Positions 19,696 to 29,451 of a DNA stretch of 64,000 nucleotides are shown here, in pieces. The notes below the pieces were generated by a model, which was not told the DNA's origin, searched no databases, and worked only from the letters and a program-made list of their open reading frames with translations. The stretch comes from an uncultured Chitinophagales bacterium (GTDB lineage Bacteria > Bacteroidota > Bacteroidia > Chitinophagales > S012-47): contig CAYRDC010000002.1 of the NCBI GenBank assembly GCA_964422925.1, positions 68,991 through 132,990 on the forward strand, given 5' to 3'. Each line of letters starts with the position of its first letter. Within the stretch, counting starts at the first letter, position 1. Made by a program: the position numbers and the translations under genes.

Positions 19696-22575
19696 TCAAT
19701 TTACCAGCTCCGCGAAACTTTCCACGGGGGGGTAGATGCACACTAGGTTCCGGTCGCCATAGGGATTGTTTACCCGGGCCACCGGGGGCCAAAATTTGCG
19801 TTCTTTCAGGTAGGGCTGTGGAAACACAGCCTTTTCGCGGCTGTAGGGAAACGGCCAGTCGCCTGCCAGCATGGTGGCCGTGTGAGGCGCGTTCTTCAGA
19901 AGATTATTGGCTGTGTCCGCCTTTCCTTCTTCCACCTCGCGAATCTCTTCCCTGATGTGTATCATGGCTTCACAAAAACGATCCAGCTCTTCGCGGGATT
20001 CGCTTTCGGTGGGTTCGATCATCAGCGTGTCGTGCACTGGAAAGGAAACAGTCGGGGCGTGAAAGCCATAATCTATCAGGCGCTTGGCGATGTCCACCGC
20101 ATCGATACCTGTTTTTTGCTTGATGGGACGGACGTCCACGATTAGTTCATGGGCCACGCGGCCCCGGCTCCCCGTATATAACACCGGGTAATGTCCCTCC
20201 AGCTTGGATTTGATATAGTTGGCGTTCAGGATAGCCACCAGGGAAGCCTGTTTCAGCCCTTCACTGCCCAACAGGCGGATATATGCCCAAGAAACCGGCA
20301 GGATGCCCGGGCTGCCAAAGGGAGCTGCGCTGACCGCACTGATCGCGCGGGAACCTCCGGTTGGTACCAGCGGATGGCCGGGCAGGTAGGGAGCCAGCTT
20401 TTCATTCACGCAGATCGGGCCAACGCCCGGCCCTCCTCCGCCATGCGGTATAGCAAAGGTTTTATGCAAATTCAGGTGGCAAACATCCGCGTGGATCATC
20501 ACCGGTGAGGTAAGCCCTGCCTGGGCATTCATATTGGCTCCGTCCATATAAACCAAGCCGCCATAGGTATGCACCGTGTCGCAAATACTGACAATGTCTT
20601 CTTCAAATATCCCGTGCGTGGAGGGGTAAGTAATCATCAGGGCAGCCAGGCGGTCACTATATTCTTCGGCTTTTTGTTTCAGGTCTGCCAGGTCGGTGTT
20701 TCCGCCTTCATCGCAGGCCACTACGACTACTTGCATGCCGGCCATCACCGCGCTGGCGGGGTTGGTGCCGTGCGCTGAAGCCGGTATCAGCACCACATTG
20801 CGCTGGGGCTGTCCGTTGTCGTGGTGAAAAGCCCGGATAACCATCAGCCCGGTGAACTCGCCCTGGGCGCCCGCGTTGGGCTGCAGGGAACAGGCGCTGA
20901 ACCCGGTGATGCGGCAGAGGTAATCTTCCAGTTCCCGGATGAGCTGCTGGTAGCCTTCAGCCTGTTCCAACGGGACAAAAGGATGGAGCTTCGCGAACTC
21001 CGGCCAGGTAACCGGCAGCAACTCCACGGCCGCGTTCAGCTTCATGGTACAGGAACCCAGCGGGGTCATGGCATGAACCAGGGACAGGTCCTTGTTTTCC
21101 AGGCGCTTCAGGAAACGCATCATTTCAGTTTCGGAGTGGTAGCGCTGGAACACTTCTTCCTGCAGGTAATCCGGTTTGCGCAGGAGGGATGCCGACAGGC
21201 ATTCTTCCCCGTCAGGCAGTTCTTGAGGAACCTTCTTACCGGCTGCCGGGGCAAAAACGGAAACAATGTCCAGCAAATCCTGTTGCGTCACGGTTTCGTC
21301 CAGGGCAATGACGGTGGTTTCGTCACCGGGGTAGTGGAAGTTGATTTTCCGCTGTACAGCTTCCCGGTGCACCGCTTCAGTGAGCCGGCCGGTTTTAACC
21401 CGGATGGTATCGAAATACCTGTTATTCAGTTGGTCAAACCCGAGTTTTTCAAGGCTTTGGCTGAGTGTACAGGCCATGTGGTGAATGTAGCCGGCAATGC
21501 GGTAAAGACGTTCCGGTCCGTGGTAAACCGCATACATGCCCGACACGATGGCCAGCAGGGCCTGGGCGGTGCAGATATTGGAAGTGGCTTTTTCGCGCCT
21601 GATGTGCTGTTCCCGGGTTTGCAGGGCCATGCGCAGGGCCGGACGGTTTTCCGCGTCTACAGATATACCGATGATCCGGCCCGGGGTCAGGCGTTTAAAT
21701 TCCTCGGTCGTGGCGAAAAACCCGGCATGGGGGCCTCCATAAAAAAGCGGCACCCCAAACCGCTGGGCGCTGCCAACGGCTATGTCCGCTCCCATTTGCC
21801 CCGCGGACCTGATCAGCAAGGAAGCCATCAGGTCAGTGGCCACCGCGATTTTCAGCCCTTTTTCATGAGCTATCGCGATGACAGCTGTCAGGTCATTCAC
21901 TTTCCCGTATTGGTCCGGGTTCTGCAGAAACAGGCCGAAAGCGGTTTCAGGGAAATCCGGGTTTTGCTTGTCGAATGCCTGCAGGGTAATTCCGGCAGAA
22001 CCGGCCCGGGTTTCAAGCACGGCCCGCGTCTGGGGAAAACAGTCCTTGTCAACCAGGAATACCTTTTTATCCTGTTGGCGGCTACGAGCGGCCGCGCGGT
22101 ACAACATCAGCATGGCTTCGGCAGCTGCCGTGGCTTCGTCCAGCAAACTGGCATTGGCAAGCGGCAGGCCGGTAAGTTCAGATATTACAGTCTGGTAAAT
22201 AAGCAATGCTTCCAGTCGGCCCTGTGAAATTTCAGCTTGGTACGGGGTGTATTGCGTGTACCAGCCGGGGTTTTCGAGGATGTTGCGCTGGATTACGGGC
22301 GGGGTGATGGTGCCGTAATAGCCCAGCCCGATATAGGAACGGTACAGCTTATTCCGGGAAGCGATTTGCCGTAACGCCTCCAGCAGTTGCATTTCGCTGG
22401 CCGGCTCCGGTAAATCGGGCAATGTATTCAAGCGGATGGCTCCGGGGATGGTTTGCCCGGCCAGTTCTTCCAGCGAGGAAACACCCAACGCTTCCAGCAT
22501 GGCCGGCAGATCGCCCGGACGAGGCCCGATATGCCTTTCAAGGAACCGGTCAGGATACAGCATAGCCTTTTTCAT
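19696..22575 (-). CDS. gcvP: Glycine dehydrogenase (aminomethyl-transferring), single-chain P protein
   Basis: 959 aa, with full-length similarity pattern (…YTPYQAEISQGRLEAL…, PLP-Lys region …HLNLHKTFAIPHGGGGPG…). Confidence 0.95.
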   Translation of the reverse strand: MKKAMLYPDRFLERHIGPRPGDLPAMLEALGVSSLEELAGQTIPGAIRLNTLPDLPEPASEMQLLEALRQIASRNKLYRSYIGLGYYGTITPPVIQRNILENPGWYTQYTPYQAEISQGRLEALLIYQTVISELTGLPLANASLLDEATAAAEAMLMLYRAAARSRQQDKKVFLVDKDCFPQTRAVLETRAGSAGITLQAFDKQNPDFPETAFGLFLQNPDQYGKVNDLTAVIAIAHEKGLKIAVATDLMASLLIRSAGQMGADIAVGSAQRFGVPLFYGGPHAGFFATTEEFKRLTPGRIIGISVDAENRPALRMALQTREQHIRREKATSNICTAQALLAIVSGMYAVYHGPERLYRIAGYIHHMACTLSQSLEKLGFDQLNNRYFDTIRVKTGRLTEAVHREAVQRKINFHYPGDETTVIALDETVTQQDLLDIVSVFAPAAGKKVPQELPDGEECLSASLLRKPDYLQEEVFQRYHSETEMMRFLKRLENKDLSLVHAMTPLGSCTMKLNAAVELLPVTWPEFAKLHPFVPLEQAEGYQQLIRELEDYLCRITGFSACSLQPNAGAQGEFTGLMVIRAFHHDNGQPQRNVVLIPASAHGTNPASAVMAGMQVVVVACDEGGNTDLADLKQKAEEYSDRLAALMITYPSTHGIFEEDIVSICDTVHTYGGLVYMDGANMNAQAGLTSPVMIHADVCHLNLHKTFAIPHGGGGPGVGPICVNEKLAPYLPGHPLVPTGGSRAISAVSAAPFGSPGILPVSWAYIRLLGSEGLKQASLVAILNANYIKSKLEGHYPVLYTGSRGRVAHELIVDVRPIKQKTGIDAVDIAKRLIDYGFHAPTVSFPVHDTLMIEPTESESREELDRFCEAMIHIREEIREVEEGKADTANNLLKNAPHTATMLAGDWPFPYSREKAVFPQPYLKERKFWPPVARVNNPYGDRNLVCIYPPVESFAELVN

Positions 22576-22733
22576 TAGGATAATGTTTTATAGGTTTATT
22601 CAGGAAGCAAAAGTACAGCAACCGCACTGAAACTCCGCACGCAAAAGTCAACTATTGGTACGAAAATCTGTTAGCAATTCCCAGGAATACGTTTTGAAAA
22701 TTTTACTATCTTTATTATGTTCAAACCCCAACG

Positions 22734-24137
22734 ATGATGTTCAGAAGATTTTTTGCAGCCGTTGCTTTGCTGTCGGCATCGCTAAACAGTTTCCCGTCAC
22801 ACATTGTTGGCGGAGAAATTACATACCAGTGGATCGGAGGCAAGGAATACGTGGTTTCGGTGGTATTGTACCGCGATTGCATGGGCGTGGCAGGACCCAG
22901 TGCAGAGATTGTCGGGATCGGCTCCAGTTCCTGCGGAATTTTTTTCTCCGGTACCCTCCCGCTGGTTCACGTTGAGGAAATATCACTGGTATGCCCGGGG
23001 TTGCAGACTACCTGCCAGTCGGGCTCCTACATAGGCATTCAGGCCCTGCTGTATAGCGACACAGTGACCATTCCCGCTGCCTGCCCCGACTGGGTTTTCA
23101 GCACGAGCACCTGTTGCCGTACCCCGCTCATCACCAACCTGTCGGATCCAGGTGCAGAATCGATTTATATAACAAGCCACCTGAACAATACCCTCGGGCC
23201 TAACAGCAGCCCTGTATTCAGCAACTGGGCTTTCCCGGTAATGTATGCCAACAACCAGGTGGTTCTGGATTTCCATGCCTGGGACCGGGACGGTGATTCC
23301 CTGGTGTATGCATTGGTACCGGCCATGGACGGGCCGAGTACCCCGGTCGACTACTCCACCGGTTTCAGCGCAACCTATCCGTTCACCACCAGTTCGGGGC
23401 AGGTGTACCTCGAGCCCATGACCGGGGTGATCCAGGACTCAGTGATTGGCCTGCAGGTGCCGGTAATATGCATTGGGGTAACCGAGTATCGCAACGGGCA
23501 GCTGGTCGGTTCAATAAAACGCGACCTGACCTTCTTTTTCATACAGGGTTCCAATACTTTCCCGGACATCAGCGGCATCGACAGCCTGTCGGTGTATTCG
23601 GTGGACGCTCACCCGGGCGATACGGTGGATTTCCTGGTGTACGGTTTCGACCCCGACAGCGGGCAAAGCCTGCTGATGTATTACGACACCGTGGTGCAGT
23701 CGGCCTATTTCATGATAAGCTACAATCCCCTGCTGGTAGGACATTTCCACTGGGAGATCGACCCCGGCATACTGCCGGGCAATTACCTGCTGCCGGTGAT
23801 GATACAGGATGACGCCTGCCCGTACAGTGCCGCACGCATCCGGAATTACCAGATACGGGTGCTGCCCACTGTATCCGTTGGCGTTGAGCCGCGTGTGCCG
23901 GTTCCGGAAGTGAAAGTATTTCCCCAGCCGGCCGCGGATGTGGTGCACTGGCGTTTCAGTCGCCCGGTGCAGGGCGAACTGCTGATTTATGACCTGCGGG
24001 GCCGCCTGGCAGGCAGCCTGCCTGTATCGGGTTCAAACCGGATTACCTGGCATGGGAACCAGATTGCCCCGGGCATCTACCTGTGGAAATTCCGGGGCAT
24101 GGATTTCAGCCAGCAGGGTACCCTGGTTATTCAGTGA
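22734..24137 (+). CDS. Secreted protein with T9SS C-terminal sorting domain
   Basis: It has a signal peptide. The N-terminal HIVGGEITYQW...YRDC module is common in gliding/T9SS cargo. The C-terminus is VFPQPAADVVHW...PGIYLWKF...TLVIQ. Confidence 0.7.
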   Translation: MMFRRFFAAVALLSASLNSFPSHIVGGEITYQWIGGKEYVVSVVLYRDCMGVAGPSAEIVGIGSSSCGIFFSGTLPLVHVEEISLVCPGLQTTCQSGSYIGIQALLYSDTVTIPAACPDWVFSTSTCCRTPLITNLSDPGAESIYITSHLNNTLGPNSSPVFSNWAFPVMYANNQVVLDFHAWDRDGDSLVYALVPAMDGPSTPVDYSTGFSATYPFTTSSGQVYLEPMTGVIQDSVIGLQVPVICIGVTEYRNGQLVGSIKRDLTFFFIQGSNTFPDISGIDSLSVYSVDAHPGDTVDFLVYGFDPDSGQSLLMYYDTVVQSAYFMISYNPLLVGHFHWEIDPGILPGNYLLPVMIQDDACPYSAARIRNYQIRVLPTVSVGVEPRVPVPEVKVFPQPAADVVHWRFSRPVQGELLIYDLRGRLAGSLPVSGSNRITWHGNQIAPGIYLWKFRGMDFSQQGTLVIQ

Positions 24138-25558
24138 GCATTCTTTATTTCCTCAAGCCGCGACAGCAGCCAGGTGGAATTGGGTACATGGCGGCTGGCC
24201 CGTACCTCCGCTTCCAATGCGGTAGGGTCGCCACGGTGGCGGAAACGCAACCTGACCAGCCTCCGCGCCAGGTTCAGAAAATTGGTATAACTCTTTAACT
24301 GGTATTTTGAAATGAGCCTGTTCCGCTTCAGGTAGATGTAAAACGCGTCAATCAGCGATTGCAGGGGCTCTGTTTCCTGCAGCTCATAATAGGTTTTCAG
24401 CAGCAGCGATTTGGAATCGAGGTGGTAATACACATCCGTGAACTCCACGTTGCGCAGCAGCTCCAGGGTCTGCCCGTACTCGCCCCGGTAGTAATGGTAC
24501 AGCGCCAGGTTGTAGGTGTAGGCGTTGTCGCGGTCGGCCGGGGGCAGCTTCTCCCGGTACTCGCGGATGAACCGGCCCACCCACTCGTAATCCTTCAGCC
24601 GCAAACCCACCGCTACGATGTTTTTGTAATCCCACTGCGACAGATAGCCGTCTTCCAGGATGAGCCCAGTTACGAGCAGTTTGCGGTAGAGGCTGAATAT
24701 CTCCTGCAGGTATTGCCGGTTGCCCTGGTTGATTTTCTTGGTGCAGTAGTTCCGGGCATATACATACATTTCGTTCAGCAACTCAGGCGGCAGGTTTTGC
24801 TCATACCTTTCCAGGCATTCGATCAGATCGCGGTAATGGCTTTCTTCCTGGTCTTCCAGCAAGGTAAGGATGATTTTATGGTAGAGCGATATGGCCGGGA
24901 TGTCGTCCTGCGGGTTTTGCGCCAGGTAATCCAGGATTTCGTTCAGCAACAGCGGTTTGGATTCACCGGCCAGCAAGTTGGTCAGGTTAATCAGCTCCGC
25001 GGAATAGCGAAGCTTGTTGATGATGTAAAATATATCCAGATAACGGTGGACGGATTGCAGGTTTTTTTCCAGGGTGATATCCCGTTTCTGAGGAGTGAAA
25101 TTAAACAGGTCGAGCTGATGGAGGAATTGGTAGTAATAATACCGGTCGTCTTCGTAGGGATAGTTTACCAGCCATTTGTCTTCCGCTTTCAGGTGGCGGC
25201 TGCTCTGGTCTTCCAGTTTGTAACCGGCCAGGGCCCCGAGCAGAAGGTGTTCTTTCAGCACAGGCTGCCTTTTCAGGGCTTCCCATGCCAGGAAATCTTC
25301 CATCAGGGAAGTCAGGTCGCTCATCAGGTAGCGCAGCGACTGCTCGTTGTAAGGGCGGTTCCCGAAAATTTTTTCATGCAAAACATGACGGTCTACCGCC
25401 TCCGCGCGGAACCTGGGATAAGCAGCGGCCAACAGCCTGAACAGTTCAGTGACACGGGGGTTTTTGTTGTAAAAAGGGGAATACACAAAATCCCGGAAGT
25501 GGTTTAGCTCCACTTTGCTCAGTTGCCCGAGCATTTTGACCAGTTTGCTGTTTTTCAT
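24131..25558 (-). CDS. Hypothetical protein (helical-repeat-like)
   Basis: The 475-aa ORF has coding-like composition. The family was not recognised. Confidence 0.55.
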   Translation of the reverse strand: MKNSKLVKMLGQLSKVELNHFRDFVYSPFYNKNPRVTELFRLLAAAYPRFRAEAVDRHVLHEKIFGNRPYNEQSLRYLMSDLTSLMEDFLAWEALKRQPVLKEHLLLGALAGYKLEDQSSRHLKAEDKWLVNYPYEDDRYYYYQFLHQLDLFNFTPQKRDITLEKNLQSVHRYLDIFYIINKLRYSAELINLTNLLAGESKPLLLNEILDYLAQNPQDDIPAISLYHKIILTLLEDQEESHYRDLIECLERYEQNLPPELLNEMYVYARNYCTKKINQGNRQYLQEIFSLYRKLLVTGLILEDGYLSQWDYKNIVAVGLRLKDYEWVGRFIREYREKLPPADRDNAYTYNLALYHYYRGEYGQTLELLRNVEFTDVYYHLDSKSLLLKTYYELQETEPLQSLIDAFYIYLKRNRLISKYQLKSYTNFLNLARRLVRLRFRHRGDPTALEAEVRASRHVPNSTWLLSRLEEIKNAH

Positions 25559-25824
25559 AACCGGGAATTATCAACCGAAGGTAAAAATTTGATAAAAAAC
25601 AACACGATAGCCAAACCGGTTTATAGACTGCCTTTTAAGCTTAAACAACAGAAATTCAGCCGGATAAAAAAAGTACTGTTTGGCAGTTGTGTAAAATAAT
25701 TGTCTGTTTCAGGCGATAGCCTGTGGAAAAACCCGATAATATTGGTAAAAAATTACTAACTTTAAGTTTGATAAGACCCGGTATTTAATTAGACGAACCA
25801 GATTCTTTATTGAATTTTCAGCGT

Positions 25825-26358
25825 ATGCGCACTTTGTACAGCACCCTATTGATTCTTTTTTTAACGGCTGGATTGTATGCCCAGCAAAGCGTACTGGATC
25901 CGAATGGCAACGGGGGCCCGGACCGGCCGGTAATTGATAATATCTCAGCCGTAACCATTGGCCCTGAGTTGCTGGATAATAAGGATGTTTTACATGCCGT
26001 ACAACCTGACCGGGACTATGGGAACGGCCAAAACGGCAACCAGGCGGACAACCCGGATGCCAACCAAATGGGTGGAAACCTCTATGGCGGTTCCAACGAC
26101 CCGGTTTTTGAAAATATCCGCCAAAACCTCCGCATCTATCCCAACCCGGCAGTGAATTACCTGGTGGTTGACCTGGGCGGTGAAGCTGAAGTGGAAGTAA
26201 GCCTGGTCAATATCATTGGCCGTAGGGTTTACTACCGCAACCTGACCATCGATAAACTAACCATCGATTTGTCTTCCATCCCGGCAGGCGCTTATTTCCT
26301 GACCATCCGAAGGGGAGATAACATTATGGCCAGGAGAGTGGAGATTTCCAGCAAATAA
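25825..26358 (+). CDS. Small secreted protein with T9SS C-terminal sorting domain
   Basis: The signal peptide is MRTLYSTLLILFLTAGLYAQ. The C-terminus is IYPNPAVNYLVVDL...GAYFLTI. The start is placed at the ATG at 25825. Confidence 0.65.
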   Translation: MRTLYSTLLILFLTAGLYAQQSVLDPNGNGGPDRPVIDNISAVTIGPELLDNKDVLHAVQPDRDYGNGQNGNQADNPDANQMGGNLYGGSNDPVFENIRQNLRIYPNPAVNYLVVDLGGEAEVEVSLVNIIGRRVYYRNLTIDKLTIDLSSIPAGAYFLTIRRGDNIMARRVEISSK

Positions 26359-26381
26359 CTTTAATGGGTGAACCCATTCGC

Positions 26382-26406
26382 AAGGCTGTCCCCGGGCAGC
26401 CTTTTT
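26382..26406 (+). terminator. Rho-independent terminator
   Basis: AAGGCTG-tccccggg-CAGCCTT stem followed by TTT. It is preceded by a second small hairpin, AATGGGT-ga-ACCCATT. Confidence 0.55.
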
Positions 26407-26610
26407 AATTTCTGAGCGATAAAGTCATTTTATTGTCAGTAAATGAAAATTTTGACATTCTAATGATAATCAGCTATCTATGATGCTTCAGTATCTCAAG
26501 TGATAGTGCTTATCATCGCAAAAACTATCCGATAAGCGTTAAAAAATGTAATTGTCTGTCTGTAATGGAAGGGATAATTTCATGGAAGTTGAAGGCAAAA
26601 TTCATTTCTC

Positions 26611-26832
26611 ATGAAAAATGTCATCCCTCGAATAGTTTTGCCGGCTTTTATTGTGATCCAGTTGGGGAGCCAGGTCCTGATTTCAAAAGTTTTTGAAAAA
26701 CCGATCAGACCTGTTCCACAAACCAGGTTACAGGAAGCTTCGGTTTCCAGCGAACCATGGAAACTGGTCCCGGACGAGTCTGATCAGCGTATGACGAAAG
26801 CCCTGACCCGCTTTGCCGTTAAGCTTCCTTAA
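26611..26832 (+). CDS. Doubtful small hypothetical protein (73 aa)
   Basis: This is the only ORF in an AT-rich gap of about 540 bp. It has a hydrophobic N-terminus and no recognisable family. Confidence 0.2.
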   Translation: MKNVIPRIVLPAFIVIQLGSQVLISKVFEKPIRPVPQTRLQEASVSSEPWKLVPDESDQRMTKALTRFAVKLP

Positions 26833-26896
26833 ATAAGATTCCGGCCATTCGTTCGTTATTGTCCCTGTACGGGCAAAATGCTTTTCTTTGCCCTAA

Positions 26897-27529
26897 ATGA
26901 CTTATTTGAAGAGATCACTACTCATCGTATTTCTTGGCTTTGGTCTGAGCTGGAATGGAATGGCGCAGGAAGATACGCTGATCCAGGTAACGGGATTGGT
27001 GCTGACCAGCGACAGCCTGCGGGCCGTGCCATTTACCCATGTCTATGTGAAAGGAAGCGGGAGAGGGGTAGTTGCCAATTATAAAGGGTTTTTCAGTATG
27101 GTGGTAACCCATGGAGATACGCTGGTGTTCTCAAGTGTTGGATTTAAAAAAGCAGAATTTACGGTGCCACACAACCTTGATAAGCCCAGATACAGCCTGA
27201 TTCAATTGCTGACACGCGATACTATCTACCTGGATGAAACGGTCATTTATCCCTGGCCCACCCCGGGTGATTTCAAGCGGGCCTTCCTCACCCTCGACAT
27301 TCCCGATGACGACCTCGAAAGAGCCAAAAAGAACCTGGACCAGAGCCTGATGAATGAGCTGGCCAGCCAGATGCCGGCCGATGCCAATGAAACAGTAGAT
27401 TATTACCAGCGGCAGGAAGCCGACCGGTATTATTACTATGGTCAGCAGCCTCCTATGAATATTTTCAGCCCGCTTGCCTGGGCAGACTTCGTAAAAGCTT
27501 GGAAAAGAGGAGATTTTAGAAGAAAGTGA
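26897..27529 (+). CDS. Carboxypeptidase-regulatory-like domain protein
   Basis: After the signal peptide comes IQVTGLVLTSDSLRAVPFTHVYVKGSGRGVVANYKGFFSMVV..GDTLVFSSVGFK, which is CarboxypepD_reg-like. Confidence 0.6.
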   Translation: MTYLKRSLLIVFLGFGLSWNGMAQEDTLIQVTGLVLTSDSLRAVPFTHVYVKGSGRGVVANYKGFFSMVVTHGDTLVFSSVGFKKAEFTVPHNLDKPRYSLIQLLTRDTIYLDETVIYPWPTPGDFKRAFLTLDIPDDDLERAKKNLDQSLMNELASQMPADANETVDYYQRQEADRYYYYGQQPPMNIFSPLAWADFVKAWKRGDFRRK

Positions 27530-28108
27530 TTACTTTACCCGTGCAGCCTGCGGGAAACGCATTTTATAGGGTATTTTCAGCTCGCCCCGGCTGATTTGTT
27601 GCAGCCGTTTGCGCAACAATCGCTTTTTCAGGGGCTTCAGGCGGTCGGTGAACAGGATGCCTTCGGTATGGTCATATTCATGCTGGATCACCCGGGCGGT
27701 TATCCCGTCAAAATCCCGGACATGCTCCCGGAAATCACGGTCCAGATAACGGATCCGGATTTTTTCCTTACGGATTACATCTTCGCGGATAAAGGGAATG
27801 CTCAGGCACCCTTCTTCCATGGCCCACGGCTTTCCGGATTCTTCTTCGATGCAGGCGTTGATAAACACTTCTTTCAGGTTTTCCACCCCATTGTTATCTG
27901 TATCTTCCTCCGTGGCCTGGGCAATGTCTATGATAAACAGGCGGATGGTTTTATCAACCTGTGGCGCTGCCAGGCCTATGCCGTTAGCGCTGTACATGGT
28001 TTCAAACATATTGTCAATCAGCTCCTGCAGGCCGGGGTAGTCCGGTGCGATCTCTTTGCATTTTTCCCGGAGCACCGGGTCGCCATATGCTACGATGGGT
28101 AAAATCAT
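27530..28108 (-). CDS. def: Peptide deformylase
   Basis: The GIGLAAPQV, EGCLSIP and HEYDHTEG motifs are all present. Confidence 0.93.
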   Translation of the reverse strand: MILPIVAYGDPVLREKCKEIAPDYPGLQELIDNMFETMYSANGIGLAAPQVDKTIRLFIIDIAQATEEDTDNNGVENLKEVFINACIEEESGKPWAMEEGCLSIPFIREDVIRKEKIRIRYLDRDFREHVRDFDGITARVIQHEYDHTEGILFTDRLKPLKKRLLRKRLQQISRGELKIPYKMRFPQAARVK

Positions 28109-28521
28109 ATTCTTTTCTGGTCTAAATAGGTTTTAAGGATCAGGGAAGCGCTGATCTGATCGAGGTTTTCTTTTTTCTGCCTGTCTTTTTTCTTGTACCC
28201 GGCCTGTACCATTGCGCGCGCGGCTATTTTGGACGTAAACCGTTCATCCACCCAGTGCAAAGCAATGCCCGGGAAGGCTTCCTGCAATTTCCGGGCAAAG
28301 TTTCTGGCCGCCTGGGCTGATTCAGCGGGGGTATTGTCCAGATTTCTCGGATCGCCCATTACAAAACATCCAATCGGTTCACTTAGTGCGAATTCCTTCA
28401 AAAAAAGGATTACCTCCCCGGGGGGCAGGGTGCACCATGGCATGGCCAGTATTTCCAGCGGATCGGTCCGGGCCAAACCAACTCTTTTTGTTCCGTAATC
28501 AATACCAATTATCCTGGCCAT
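28105..28521 (-). CDS. ruvX: Holliday junction resolvase-like protein RuvX/YqgF
   Basis: MARIIGIDYGTKRVGLA... The start is placed at the ATG at 28521 (the track ORF starts at a TTG at 28533). A 4-nt overlap with def is present. Confidence 0.88.
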   Translation of the reverse strand: MARIIGIDYGTKRVGLARTDPLEILAMPWCTLPPGEVILFLKEFALSEPIGCFVMGDPRNLDNTPAESAQAARNFARKLQEAFPGIALHWVDERFTSKIAARAMVQAGYKKKDRQKKENLDQISASLILKTYLDQKRI

Positions 28522-28552
28522 ACGCGGGGACAAAGTTAACCATATTTACCGA

Positions 28553-29407
28553 TTAAGCTGAAAACCAGGTGGCCGCGATAAAAAACACGGCATACATCAC
28601 CGATGCCACGCCATTGGTAGTGAAAAAGGCAAGATTCACCCGGCTCAGGTCATTGGGTTTCACCAGGGTATGCTGGTAAACTAAAAGGGCCAGAAATAGG
28701 GAAGTCCCTATCCAGTACAGCCAGTGAAACCCTCCCAGCCAGCCAATAGCCAGCAGGGCCAGGCCCGAAACCATGTGAACCAGCGAGGAAATGGCAAGAG
28801 CTTTTTTCCGGCCCGCGCGGGCCGGGATGGAATGCAGGCCTTTTTCCCGGTCGAAGGTGTCGTCCTGCAGGGCGTAAATTATATCGAACCCGCTGACCCA
28901 TCCGAGTACCGCCAGCGAAAGCAGCACCGGCAGGTAGTGAAACCGCCCGCTAACGGCCAGGTAAGCCCCCACCGGAGCCAGCGAGAGGCCCAGCCCCAGG
29001 ATGAAATGACTCAAAGCCGTGAAGCGCTTGGTGTAACTGTATAGCAGGATTACGGCCAGCGCCACGGGCGACAGATAAAAGCAAAGCGGGTTGATGAACC
29101 AGGTGCAGGCAATGAACAGCGCGCTGTTTATGAAGACAAACACGGCAGCCGCCCGGGTTGAAACCAACCCGCGCGGGATTTCACGCTGCGCGGTCCGTGG
29201 ATTGAGCCGGTCGTATTTCCGGTCGGCCAGGCGGTTGAAGGCCATGGCCGCGTTGCGGGCGAACACCATGCAAAGCACCACGAGCAGCAGGATCATTGCA
29301 TCGAATCCGTAATGATGGCGCCACACGGCCATGAAATACCCGGCCAGGGCAAAAGGCAGGGCAAATATGGTGTGGGCGAATTTGACCAGCGACAGATAAT
29401 GTTTCAT
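28553..29407 (-). CDS. UbiA-family prenyltransferase
   Basis: From the internal ATG at 29407 the sequence reads MKHYLSLVKFAHTIFALPFALAG...NRLADRKYD (NxxxDxxxD-type motif). The protein is polytopic. The upstream 102 codons of the track ORF overlap the neighbouring gene and look non-coding. Confidence 0.8.
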   Translation of the reverse strand: MKHYLSLVKFAHTIFALPFALAGYFMAVWRHHYGFDAMILLLVVLCMVFARNAAMAFNRLADRKYDRLNPRTAQREIPRGLVSTRAAAVFVFINSALFIACTWFINPLCFYLSPVALAVILLYSYTKRFTALSHFILGLGLSLAPVGAYLAVSGRFHYLPVLLSLAVLGWVSGFDIIYALQDDTFDREKGLHSIPARAGRKKALAISSLVHMVSGLALLAIGWLGGFHWLYWIGTSLFLALLVYQHTLVKPNDLSRVNLAFFTTNGVASVMYAVFFIAATWFSA

Positions 29408-29451
29408 GCGCCTGCAAAGGTATTCAAACCCGGCCATTCCCGGATGCGGGT

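Noticed and set aside
20821-22227. 468-aa ORF antisense to gcvP
   Set aside because: It is a shadow ORF inside the glycine dehydrogenase gene, with no recognisable motifs and biased composition.
22576-22733. Possible glycine riboswitch in the gcvP leader
   Set aside because: I read the reverse complement of the leader. I could not find the conserved glycine-aptamer core elements (GGAGAG...CACCG...GGGGCAA-type segments), and the region is AT-rich without the expected tandem stems.
24359-25507. 382-aa ORF antisense to the 24131..25558 gene
   Set aside because: The translation is Val/Gln/Phe-rich and low in complexity. The minus-strand ORF is longer, starts at an ATG with a sensible N-terminus, and has protein-like composition.
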